This document shows positions 9,278-19,609 of a DNA stretch of 64,000 nt, piece by piece; the stretch's first letter is position 1; the number at the start of each line of letters is the position of its first letter. A program made the position numbers and the translations under genes. Origin of the DNA: a virus (Duplodnaviria > Caudoviricetes). Below the pieces are notes generated by a model. That model saw nothing but the letters and a program-made list of their open reading frames with translations. It was not told the DNA's origin and did not search any database. Location: positions 1 through 64,000 of the IMG/VR virus record IMGVR_UViG_3300017911_002158. One strand, written 5' to 3'.

Positions 9278-12200
9278 TTATACAGGTGTTATACATTTCC
9301 TTAATAACGGACTCCATACTAGACCAGGAGGACAATTTCCAGGGTCAGGGACATCTGGCGGCACTGGATCAAGAGGATCGTCGCTCCCAGGATAATTTCC
9401 TGTACAATCAACAATAGGTATACTAATCATACATGGAGCACCCCATTTATTAACACTATCATAACCTAGCACCTGGGTTCCTCCAGCACTACTTAAATTT
9501 TGTCCGAATAATTCAGATATGCTATATAAAGCAGGTTTTCCTTGTGGGCCAAACCCATACAGATAACCGTCTTGCTGCTGTATTGGCTGACCAACGCCAG
9601 GTGAAGCAGAACAGCCACCAGAATTGCCTTTTATGAAGCTGTCAGAATGATTAAGAACAATATAATCAGCACCAGCACCAAAATGATATGCAACAATATT
9701 AGCTCCAGCAGGAATGCCTTCTCCTATAAAATCATGAACTGTAATTATTCCACCAGGAATATTTTTATTATAAAAGCCAGGAACATTTCTAACACTAGCA
9801 GTAGCCCTTCCTCCAGGGAATAGATCATCTTGTAATGTTCCGATAACAAGAGATGCTGATGGTGGAGAAACCCAAACAGCTCTTGCCGCATCCCACCTTA
9901 AGTCTATAGGTCCACATGGCCAGCTAGTAGGATTTGCAAGCCAATTATTATTAAACGATCCTCCTCCACCACCAGGAACAGGATTTCCATCAGTATCATA
10001 TCCCCAAGAATGTAATAAAAGCGGACCTCTCAGTGCTGCCGCTCTGAATGCTGTTTGTTGATCTCTAAAATTAGCTTGAGTTAAATTAGCAGCAAAAGTA
10101 TTAGCTGGAACACTTCCAAAACTAATATATTCTGTGTAAAAGCCCCTACTATTTCCAGCTCCTCCAAAATTGCTCATACTTGCACTAGTAGAGTATGGAT
10201 TTAAGTGTATGTTTTGTATTGGTAAAATTTGCTGTCCGCCTATTGGTGGAACTCTTGGTTTTGTTGCATTTAAAGGATAGTTATTGATGGCATTTCCTAA
10301 TGCTGGAGTAATGTTTGGCATATAGCTAGAACTAGCAAAAGGACTTGTTACAACAGGACTAAAAATCATATCAAGACTAACTATAGCATATTTTTCATAA
10401 TTGTCTCCATCCTGAAAATAATCGCTGGTATATTTTTTATCTATCCCAGCTTCTATCCTACCAGGAAAACCACCATCAGGATAACTCATAATCAAAACAT
10501 TATTTAAACTACTAGAAGAAGCACTTAACGGAACGCTAGCCTGTTCAAAGAATTTCTCCCTAACACTACCAAAAGTTCTCATACCTTGAGAAAATGCTCT
10601 TATTGTGTCAAAATTTAATTCTTTTAATATATTAGCATTTGCTCGTCTTGCTGAAATATTAAGTTTTGTATAATTATTAAGAGCTTCAGCACTTTGTCCA
10701 AATTTTTGTACATATGTTTGAAAGTTATATGTCGTTGTAGCCCCACTACGATCTATTTTATAAACTATGCTACTAATAGTTGGTTCATATTCCATATTCC
10801 TTTTTGGTGTTTCTGCTACTGTCATACTACCAGACTCATATTTATTACGAGTTTTCAAAGCATCAACAGCAATACGGTTACCAGCCGTATTCATATTAGC
10901 ATAACCTCCATATGTCCAAGGATTTAAATCTTCTATAATTTTAAAGTCAGTACCACCATCAGTTGTGGGGCTCAAGTTACCTATAAAATGAGAATACCAC
11001 GGACCATAATTAACAACATTACTTTTCATTGGAATGGCTATTCTATCGAATCTTCCTGCTGCTAGTGTTTCTTTAAAAACATTTGTATAACTATAATCAG
11101 TAGTGCCACCAAATCGGCTAAAACCATTAGCGTCTCCAACAAGCAATTCCAACATTCTTAATCCCATATTATTTGCTCGTGGAGGGCCGTAAAATCTTTG
11201 AGGGATCATATTAGGCATTTTTATAAGTATGCCAAGAGTATTTCCATTATCATAATTATAACACTTACCATCAACTTCAGCCTTGGTAAATATGTGTGTA
11301 CCTGCTGAAATCCAATCTCCTTGTAAACTAGTAGGATCAAATACAAAACTTCTGTTATAAGGCCCCATAGTTCTGTCCAAAGAGTCTCCATTTCTTATTC
11401 CACAGAAACATGTAACCTTTCCGCTGCCATCTCTAAATGCACTAAAATCATTTAATCCCAATGGAGGATAAGCTTGACTGTCCCACCATCCAGAATCGGT
11501 GGGTTCATCTGCCATAAAAGCAGAAGATCCTTGACCTAAAAATATTCCTGTTCGTTGGGTATTTCCTGTTAGATCAAATGCACAAGTTGGTTTTGGTAAC
11601 AAACACATATAATATTTACCATAATATGAATCATAAAAGTTTTTTATCCAAGCATAACACAATTCTTCGTAGACTAATTCTCCAGCACTTTTTTTTGTGG
11701 TAAATTTTACAGCCTCGACGCAAGCTTGAGAAACTGTGTGTGTATCCCCACCAAAAGAACTGGCCACTTTACTATAGGCGGTGAGCCAATCTATCCCAAG
11801 ATGATTCATACAACTACGAGACAGACTGTTTGGATTTAATATACCATAAAGTTTCCATGTTGCAAGAGTGCCTGTTGCTAATAATTCTGCCTCATTTAAC
11901 ATATGATAATCAAAAAAACCACCAAACCCACTAGTAGACAAACCTATTTTTAATGTTTGAACATTGATACGAACATTAAAACCAGGACCATACGCTAATA
12001 TTGGCCAATTATTATCGTCAAACCCTAATACAAGTGCAGCACTATGTTCTCTATCGTTAGTTTCTCTTCCTGCGCTCTGATATTGGTTTGGTAAATACAT
12101 TTCTTTAATATAGTTTACTTTTGAACCTATTACAACTCTGCGTGTTTTTTCATTTTTAAATTCTGCGCCTATAGAATAATCTAAAAGAGTACCCTCGGCG

Positions 12201-13114
12201 TCAGCAGCATTTATCATATTCTGGATTATTCCAAAAGTTGTCTGTCGTTTTTTATCTATAAAAGATATTAGTATATTGTTTCCAGCTGGAGTATGAAAAG
12301 TCCAATCGTATCCAGCCTCTTCTGCAACATTGTTAAGTAACTCTAATAATGTCATTGTTTTAGCGCTAGTGCCAACATATGGAATTTCTGCAGCTATATC
12401 TCTAAAACTATTTACCCATATGTACAGCGGATATGAAGCTGTATTAAACCAAGATGGAGGATAATTTACTAATGCTTGTAATATGTTATAGTATGTTGTA
12501 GTTCCTTGCCCAACTTTTCCACCAGTGTGAGCGCCAAAATAATTACAATTACCAATATCTGGTAAAACTTTACCATAATTAGTCTGGTTAGCAGTTTCAC
12601 CAACATTACTTAGTATCCTTCTCCCCCAAGACTGGTATTCTAAAGGTCTATGTACATTTTTAGCGTTCCAAGGAGTAGGTCGAACAATAGTTGCCACCCC
12701 GCCAGCCATAACATAGTCTGTGGTGCCACTCCATTCATTAAGACAAATATCATATCTAGCAATAGCTTCTTTCATATCCACAATATCTATTTTTGTTTTT
12801 GGTCCAGATTTATTATAAGTATGAATTACGCTTTTAATCATACCTCCAAAACCAAAATCATCACATTTAAAGATTACTACTCTTCCTACAGATTCTACAG
12901 TGTTTAGGTGGATACCAGATAGCTCTATAGAAAGAGTGCTGCTTTGATCGCCAAGACCTAAATTACAAGTAAAGCCAATAATTTTCTTATGTGGATCATC
13001 TGGTCCTGTTTTATCTCCTAAAACCTTCTTTGGGGCAGTTGGGGCGGAGGGCCAAGAGTTTGCCCTCTCAACATAAGTAAAGGTATATTGTGGAGCAATA
13101 GATTGACATGTCAT
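9278..13114 (-). CDS. Large tail-tip/hub-like structural protein (1278 aa)
   Basis: Last gene of the tail module. N-terminal FTCNLGLGDQSSTLSIEL..FGFGGMIK and LLELLNNVAEEAGYDW resemble Tal/hub proteins. Confidence 0.55.
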   Translation of the reverse strand: MTCQSIAPQYTFTYVERANSWPSAPTAPKKVLGDKTGPDDPHKKIIGFTCNLGLGDQSSTLSIELSGIHLNTVESVGRVVIFKCDDFGFGGMIKSVIHTYNKSGPKTKIDIVDMKEAIARYDICLNEWSGTTDYVMAGGVATIVRPTPWNAKNVHRPLEYQSWGRRILSNVGETANQTNYGKVLPDIGNCNYFGAHTGGKVGQGTTTYYNILQALVNYPPSWFNTASYPLYIWVNSFRDIAAEIPYVGTSAKTMTLLELLNNVAEEAGYDWTFHTPAGNNILISFIDKKRQTTFGIIQNMINAADAEGTLLDYSIGAEFKNEKTRRVVIGSKVNYIKEMYLPNQYQSAGRETNDREHSAALVLGFDDNNWPILAYGPGFNVRINVQTLKIGLSTSGFGGFFDYHMLNEAELLATGTLATWKLYGILNPNSLSRSCMNHLGIDWLTAYSKVASSFGGDTHTVSQACVEAVKFTTKKSAGELVYEELCYAWIKNFYDSYYGKYYMCLLPKPTCAFDLTGNTQRTGIFLGQGSSAFMADEPTDSGWWDSQAYPPLGLNDFSAFRDGSGKVTCFCGIRNGDSLDRTMGPYNRSFVFDPTSLQGDWISAGTHIFTKAEVDGKCYNYDNGNTLGILIKMPNMIPQRFYGPPRANNMGLRMLELLVGDANGFSRFGGTTDYSYTNVFKETLAAGRFDRIAIPMKSNVVNYGPWYSHFIGNLSPTTDGGTDFKIIEDLNPWTYGGYANMNTAGNRIAVDALKTRNKYESGSMTVAETPKRNMEYEPTISSIVYKIDRSGATTTYNFQTYVQKFGQSAEALNNYTKLNISARRANANILKELNFDTIRAFSQGMRTFGSVREKFFEQASVPLSASSSSLNNVLIMSYPDGGFPGRIEAGIDKKYTSDYFQDGDNYEKYAIVSLDMIFSPVVTSPFASSSYMPNITPALGNAINNYPLNATKPRVPPIGGQQILPIQNIHLNPYSTSASMSNFGGAGNSRGFYTEYISFGSVPANTFAANLTQANFRDQQTAFRAAALRGPLLLHSWGYDTDGNPVPGGGGGSFNNNWLANPTSWPCGPIDLRWDAARAVWVSPPSASLVIGTLQDDLFPGGRATASVRNVPGFYNKNIPGGIITVHDFIGEGIPAGANIVAYHFGAGADYIVLNHSDSFIKGNSGGCSASPGVGQPIQQQDGYLYGFGPQGKPALYSISELFGQNLSSAGGTQVLGYDSVNKWGAPCMISIPIVDCTGNYPGSDDPLDPVPPDVPDPGNCPPGLVWSPLLRKCITPV

Positions 13115-13126
13115 AATATTTCCTCA

Positions 13127-16100
13127 TTAATTTATGCATCTGTCTGATGTGATAACCTTATTCTGATATGAATCAAAAATGATATTTACAAAAATATTTG
13201 TATTTTTAGTAATGTTAATGGTCCTTGTTTGTTGATAAAGATATAGGTTCCTTAAATCATTTTCTTCCGGAACAATATTATATACACCAGGAGGCAATTG
13301 GATTAAAACCGAACGATCATGAAACACTTTATTGTAACCATAAGGACCAGTAACTCTAAATCGTATTTTGCCAGGAGTGGTTTGTATAGTTAAGCTGTTA
13401 GTGTACGATGTATTTGGAGATATTTCATATACACTTGTATTAATAATAATATCAGGCTGATTAGGTGTTACATCTGTAGATGGTGGATTTTGTATACCAG
13501 GCATTGCTTCGCCTGGATTTGGTGTTTCAAGTAAATTGACTAGATTCAATAAAATATCTCCATATTCAAAATTCAATATTTCTGCAGTAGTGTCCAATTC
13601 ATTTATAATAAAGTCTAATGCAGATACATAGAAGTAGTCATAGTTTGTATCATTAATTTTTTGTAATTTATTTCCATATACATCTCTTATCTTTACTATA
13701 TAAACTCCGTAAGGAATTTGCGATGCATCAAAAACATCTAAAGCATTATTATTGTAATATAATTCAGTAAGACACTTACTTGTTTGGTCATAAAAATAAT
13801 AAGAAATACTAAATTCTGCATATGCTCCTTGGGGAACTATTGTTATAGATGCACTATGATCGTAATATTCTGTAGCCTTTGAATACATATTTTCTGATAA
13901 GCCAAAACTATTTAAGGCCACAAGAAAATTCTTATTTTGCACAATTTCAACCTGGGAGCTATTGCAGTCAAAGTCTATACTCTCTATGCTGTCTGATCTT
14001 AAATTTTGAGAAGTCTTTGGATTGTTTAAAAAGTCTATTCTATACATAAATCCAGCATTGTATTTACCATATAAGTTTGATGTTTGCATAACACTACTTT
14101 TGACATCCAAGGAAACAAAATCTCCAATATCAAAATCATAATTAAATAACCCTATTGCATAATTATGTTTATATTGTGCTGTATTCAGGTCTGTAGTTAA
14201 TACAGATCCCTTAAGTAATTTAATAGTATTAATATTGTTGTTGATTTCAGTAACAATCTTGATTTTACTTCCATCAGGAAGCAATAAATAAATTGATGAA
14301 TTAAGTATATCTATATTTGTATCTGTTAAATCAAAACCCTGATAAATAGACATGGTATAAAACCAATCAGAATTATTAAGTCCTAAAAATTTAATATTTA
14401 ATATTGAATATGTTTCACAGCTAATTGAAGCATTTAATACTTTTCTATCATAAATGACTCCATTAATTTCTAAATGAATATCGCTTTTTTCTGTAAGATT
14501 TGATATATAAGATAGTAAACTAGTATTATTTACTATCATTTTATATGGAATAAATAAAGTATCTAATATTGGTTGAGATATCGTATAAAAACCCTTGTCT
14601 ACAGGACTATCATGAGATGATGTGACTTGAGCAGACATGGGCTCGATATTTAAAATAGTTTGCTGGGAAGTTATGAAAGAACATCCAGAAGCGTTTACAA
14701 ATTCAAATAGATATTCTCCAGGATGTAATTTATTTTTAAAGTCATAATAGTATATCTGTGGATTTGGATTATTAAGTCTGACCGATTGATTTCCACTTTC
14801 ATCTACAATTATATTATTTAACCTATCTATTCTATTTAAAATAGACGTATCATATTTATCAAAACTATATGCTAAACTACCAATTTCTCCTGTTGTAGTA
14901 TTATATATATTAATTTGATATGGTCCAACTCCATGAGATATATTGAATTGAAAACTTTCTGTGGTATTATCGTATATCAATGGTGGGGTTTGTGATTCAT
15001 ATTCAAAAATAGAAACATCAGGAAAATTAAAAGAAATATCTTCTCCAGAATATACGCATCCAGCACTATCTGTAATAGTGACACTTCCAGTATTGCTTTG
15101 AAAAACATTTAAAATAGTAGAAAATCCAGATCCAGATGGAACAACATTTCTACTCGTTCCATACGATACATTATATGGCGGAACTCCACCAGACCAAGTA
15201 ACTGTTAATGTGCCAGAATTATCGCATTGTTCAATATTTGCAATAGTAGACGTTATTTCTAAATTAGATGTACTGCTAATGGTATACGCTATGCCTGTTA
15301 AAGGAATATATCCTCCATATACATAGCCAGAATAATTGCCTGCTGGTAAACTATTAACAACTAGGCCACGAAATCCAGTAATTGCACTATCAGGTAAATT
15401 GTTCCATATAATAGATAAAGGAGAAAGCAAATTGCATTCTGTAATATCTTCATCGCTTCCAGTGTAATTAATATCTATAAATATTCTGCCATTAGTATTT
15501 CCTGGACATGTAACGGTATCAATATCAGCATCAATCACAATATCGCATTGAGCAACATCTCCTAATGTTACAATAAAATTACCACTTCCGCGTAAACCAC
15601 TACTATCAACACCTACAACAATTCCAGTGTAAGTGCTTTTGGTATCAAAGTCTAAAGCTATCCCACTATTAAAATATAAATCTCCCACATTAACAGAGGA
15701 TGATGCTTCTGAAGGTACGCTATTAATATCTAATGTAAAATATTCACTATCCGAGCCAGTTAAATGGTATGCTACAGACGATATCTCTTCATCATAAGCA
15801 TAAACATCTGTAATCTTAAATGATCCAGCATTAGTATTGGTGGTTTCTGGTATTGTTAATCCCGTTGGGCTAAATGTTATAATGGGAGCTTCGTTAACAT
15901 CTCTAACGATAACAATAAGATATCCTCCATATAGATCCGTAGTACTTGTGGTTGGTCTACCAGAAACATATATATCATATCGATTTTGTGTTTCATAATC
16001 TAATTGAGAAAATTGTCGTAAATGTATCTCTGGTGTCAGAGTAGAATTGTCAACAATTGTAAATAGATCTAATGCAGAACGGAAGTCGCCTCCTGTATAT

Positions 16101-19100
16101 CTTACATCAAAAACCGCCATAGGATCTTCAACATTGACGCTCCAGCTTAAATCTGCAAGTTTGATGGAGGATGTGTCGGTGTCTATATCTTCATCAATAT
16201 AGACTATACTGGGCGAAACCCTTATTCCTGTTGGCTCATAAATATCAAGAACATTAATAATAAATATACCAGTGGCAGAATAAACATCTGTAGTATTTCC
16301 AGCACCAATAAGCCCTGTGATAGTTTGTTGTGTTTCATAATCAAATGCCTTGCCAGGAGCTAGTGTTAAAACTCCGCTATTGGTAGCTAGATCATAATCT
16401 ATACTAAAATAATTAGCATCTGCTCCAATCAATTTAACAAAATTTCCTATATTTGTATCATTATCAATTAAAATAAAGTCTGCTAATTTTAATCCTGTGG
16501 AAGGAATTATATAGTCTTCATATATTCCCGTAATGCTTGGAGATACAATAACAGAAACAGGAGGATCATCTGTAAGATATAAACTCCAATCTGTAGATGC
16601 AGTAAAGGTTTCTCCGCTTTTTGAAGCTAATAAAGTTATATCATATTGTTGTTTATTCTCAAAATCAAAAACAGTGCCAGCTTTAACATACAAAATGCCC
16701 TGCTGAGTGTTATTATCAAAAGTGGTAGTGAAAACATGTTGATCTGGACCAGCGATAGTAATAATATTATTATTAGTCAATTCTGTATCTACATCTGTAA
16801 CACTAAAAGTTGCTACTTGTATTCTTGAAGTGGTTGGAGTATTAACATTAATTGTGCCACTATTAATTGGAGATATACTAATATTTGTTGGTTTTTCATC
16901 AATATCTATTACTGTTAATATAAAAGTATCAATAAATGGAGTGCCGCCAACATATGGATCAACACCTGTTATATATCCAGTATATAAAGATTTGGTTTCA
17001 TAATCTATCGCAATGCCTTCTTTAACATATATGGTGCCACTGCTTCCTGATATACTAATGTCAAAAATGCTTCCATCGCCTAAAGATGGATCAAATCCCA
17101 TCTGGGTACTACCAGCAAATTCATCGTCTGCTAATGAAAATGTCCCAATCTCTACTAATCCTGTTGTAACTTGAATTGGCTCAAATTCAATAACTGTTTC
17201 ATTTATAGACAAATCGCCACTTATAGTAATCCCTGTAGCAGAAACGGTTGTTGTTGATAAAGCCATTAAATGGCCACTAGGAATACCAGTTTCATAAGTT
17301 AAGCTTGGCATTAAGTAAAAATTATGAGATTGGTCAATATTATCACCGAGACGATCAAGAACAATAATGTCATGATATGAACCCATAGGTAATGAAGTAT
17401 CAAAAGAATATTCTTCATAGGTTCTATCTAAATCATTAAAAGCATATGCTTTATTATTGTTTTTATCTAGTAATAATGTTCTATATTCATTTGGACAACT
17501 TGCTACTATAGATATTTGTCCAGATAACGGGAAAAGAGTAGATTCAGGTGTTTCAAAATATGGATCGTATACTCTTTGATATCCAGTTATATCATTTGAA
17601 CACCATAATATTTGATCATTAATCAGTCTACTAAGTCTGCGATATTCAACATTCGTCGCTGTCTGTTTAATGCCAAGTTCACTTGTGTGATTGTCGTATG
17701 CATATAAATAACTATTATTGGTTCCAGTATTTACTAGAGATATAGCAACAATCTCTCCAACAGTTACAATATCTGTTCTATAATTTAAATAACTATCTAA
17801 ATGTAGACCAGAAGTTCCAGACAGTACAAACTCCCCACTTACAATTTGATTATTATTAATATCTAGTAATAATGGATAATTCCCTGTATTTGTCTCATCA
17901 TAATTATGATCAATGGCAAAAATATGATATGTTCCAGTACATACAGAAATATCAGAATAACTACTAGCTATATAGTTATAAACAGAATTTCCCCAACAGC
18001 TATAATTAACAAATTTAGGTATAATAGCTATATTTTCTGGTAATTCTGCAGAAACATTTGAACTTATAGATGTTTCTGTTAAAGTATTTAAGTTATATTT
18101 TATATACTCTCCGCTACCAATTATGAGATAGTCTTGATTTGATTCGTCAAGCCTAATGATTCTACGAATATTAGGATTAGAACCCGTAAAAGGAACACCA
18201 GTATAAATAAATTCGCTTGATGAAGTATCATATACAAAAAATGAATCAGGGGCAGAACTGTATCTAGATAAAATATATCTAGGACTATCATTTGTTTTCC
18301 ATCCAACTACCTCTGAAAGTCCTGTTTGTACTGGATGTTTAATACCACTTAAATTTTCTTGCCCATATGTATATAAATAATAATAGTCATCATTTGATGA
18401 CAATGGGGTGCCACTAATTTGAGGAGCTATAATGAATTTATAAGCTCCAAATGGTTCAAAATATGATGATTCAACATTTCCAATGCCACCACTAAAAGGA
18501 ATATATGGACCAATACCAGTTGCAAAAGTATCTAGTGGCTCCCCTACAAATGCTTCAACATACATGTTCGTCGATTCTATACCACAACACACTCTGTTTG
18601 TAACATTAATTGGGTTATACCAAATATTTGAAAATCCGCTAATTGAACTATTGCTAGTTATTGCAAGTGAAGTATCGATTTCTATTCGTAAATAATATTC
18701 ATTACTAAAATCTATTGATAAATCATCATCGCTGGAAGACCAGGAATTAGCATAAAGAATATGGCAATTCTCATTACATCCTTCGTTATAATCGATTGCA
18801 GCAGCTGGTCTCAAGTGTCCAAGTGTTATCCTGGATGATGTATTAAGATTAGATGGAATGTTGCTAATATTATTTATAACATAAAGAGATGCGAGCCCTG
18901 GTTGACCTATGCGGATATCAATTTGTCCAGTACCAATATTACTACCATCGTTAGCGACTAGATAAGAACGAACATGATTAACATTTCCTACTCCATTAGA
19001 GTTAAACGTAACAGATACATTGCCATTTCCTAAAACGGTAGTAGGAGATATGGTATATTTTGAAGCAAAATCACCCTGAATACTAAGATTCATAGTCCTG

Positions 19101-19609
19101 TATTCGTCTGTTATATCGTCATCTGAAACAGATACATAAAATGTCGTTGAAGACCCTGAGCACAAAGTATCTAGATATTTATTTTCAACTACAGGCACTT
19201 CATCATTTATGTCATATAGCACAAAATCGGTCGTTCCTTCACAATCAGGACCAATTGTTGCTGTTACACGCCAGACTGTAGAATATTGATCGATACCATG
19301 AATTTCATAGTCTAAGTTTGCTCCTATAGGAATATAAAATTGATAATAACCATTACCAATATTTCTTACGCTTATAAATGGAGGCAAACCATTAACTAAA
19401 AAACTACCGCTTCCACTAGCATATGCTGTTCCTAGTATTCTCTCACTAGTTGTAATCCCTTGTTCAGCTATAGTGTCTCCACCTGGTATTTCTATAGTAC
19501 AATATGCACCATTTGATAATATTTCAAAATCAAAATCTTTTTCATCCTGATTATCAGAATTTAAAATTTTATTATATAGTTCTTTATTTTTATTGTTGTC
19601 TATTGACAT
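13127..19609 (-). CDS. Cadherin-repeat and SprB-like-repeat virion adhesin (2160 aa)
   Basis: Repeated LDYE/IDYET/FDFEN/FDYET/LDYET/LDFDT and DINDE/DIDEKP/DVNEAP calcium-site motifs; SGGVPPY, ITDSAGC and VNASGC SprB-like motifs. Confidence 0.75.
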   Translation of the reverse strand: MSIDNNKNKELYNKILNSDNQDEKDFDFEILSNGAYCTIEIPGGDTIAEQGITTSERILGTAYASGSGSFLVNGLPPFISVRNIGNGYYQFYIPIGANLDYEIHGIDQYSTVWRVTATIGPDCEGTTDFVLYDINDEVPVVENKYLDTLCSGSSTTFYVSVSDDDITDEYRTMNLSIQGDFASKYTISPTTVLGNGNVSVTFNSNGVGNVNHVRSYLVANDGSNIGTGQIDIRIGQPGLASLYVINNISNIPSNLNTSSRITLGHLRPAAAIDYNEGCNENCHILYANSWSSSDDDLSIDFSNEYYLRIEIDTSLAITSNSSISGFSNIWYNPINVTNRVCCGIESTNMYVEAFVGEPLDTFATGIGPYIPFSGGIGNVESSYFEPFGAYKFIIAPQISGTPLSSNDDYYYLYTYGQENLSGIKHPVQTGLSEVVGWKTNDSPRYILSRYSSAPDSFFVYDTSSSEFIYTGVPFTGSNPNIRRIIRLDESNQDYLIIGSGEYIKYNLNTLTETSISSNVSAELPENIAIIPKFVNYSCWGNSVYNYIASSYSDISVCTGTYHIFAIDHNYDETNTGNYPLLLDINNNQIVSGEFVLSGTSGLHLDSYLNYRTDIVTVGEIVAISLVNTGTNNSYLYAYDNHTSELGIKQTATNVEYRRLSRLINDQILWCSNDITGYQRVYDPYFETPESTLFPLSGQISIVASCPNEYRTLLLDKNNNKAYAFNDLDRTYEEYSFDTSLPMGSYHDIIVLDRLGDNIDQSHNFYLMPSLTYETGIPSGHLMALSTTTVSATGITISGDLSINETVIEFEPIQVTTGLVEIGTFSLADDEFAGSTQMGFDPSLGDGSIFDISISGSSGTIYVKEGIAIDYETKSLYTGYITGVDPYVGGTPFIDTFILTVIDIDEKPTNISISPINSGTINVNTPTTSRIQVATFSVTDVDTELTNNNIITIAGPDQHVFTTTFDNNTQQGILYVKAGTVFDFENKQQYDITLLASKSGETFTASTDWSLYLTDDPPVSVIVSPSITGIYEDYIIPSTGLKLADFILIDNDTNIGNFVKLIGADANYFSIDYDLATNSGVLTLAPGKAFDYETQQTITGLIGAGNTTDVYSATGIFIINVLDIYEPTGIRVSPSIVYIDEDIDTDTSSIKLADLSWSVNVEDPMAVFDVRYTGGDFRSALDLFTIVDNSTLTPEIHLRQFSQLDYETQNRYDIYVSGRPTTSTTDLYGGYLIVIVRDVNEAPIITFSPTGLTIPETTNTNAGSFKITDVYAYDEEISSVAYHLTGSDSEYFTLDINSVPSEASSSVNVGDLYFNSGIALDFDTKSTYTGIVVGVDSSGLRGSGNFIVTLGDVAQCDIVIDADIDTVTCPGNTNGRIFIDINYTGSDEDITECNLLSPLSIIWNNLPDSAITGFRGLVVNSLPAGNYSGYVYGGYIPLTGIAYTISSTSNLEITSTIANIEQCDNSGTLTVTWSGGVPPYNVSYGTSRNVVPSGSGFSTILNVFQSNTGSVTITDSAGCVYSGEDISFNFPDVSIFEYESQTPPLIYDNTTESFQFNISHGVGPYQINIYNTTTGEIGSLAYSFDKYDTSILNRIDRLNNIIVDESGNQSVRLNNPNPQIYYYDFKNKLHPGEYLFEFVNASGCSFITSQQTILNIEPMSAQVTSSHDSPVDKGFYTISQPILDTLFIPYKMIVNNTSLLSYISNLTEKSDIHLEINGVIYDRKVLNASISCETYSILNIKFLGLNNSDWFYTMSIYQGFDLTDTNIDILNSSIYLLLPDGSKIKIVTEINNNINTIKLLKGSVLTTDLNTAQYKHNYAIGLFNYDFDIGDFVSLDVKSSVMQTSNLYGKYNAGFMYRIDFLNNPKTSQNLRSDSIESIDFDCNSSQVEIVQNKNFLVALNSFGLSENMYSKATEYYDHSASITIVPQGAYAEFSISYYFYDQTSKCLTELYYNNNALDVFDASQIPYGVYIVKIRDVYGNKLQKINDTNYDYFYVSALDFIINELDTTAEILNFEYGDILLNLVNLLETPNPGEAMPGIQNPPSTDVTPNQPDIIINTSVYEISPNTSYTNSLTIQTTPGKIRFRVTGPYGYNKVFHDRSVLIQLPPGVYNIVPEENDLRNLYLYQQTRTINITKNTNIFVNIIFDSYQNKVITSDRCIN

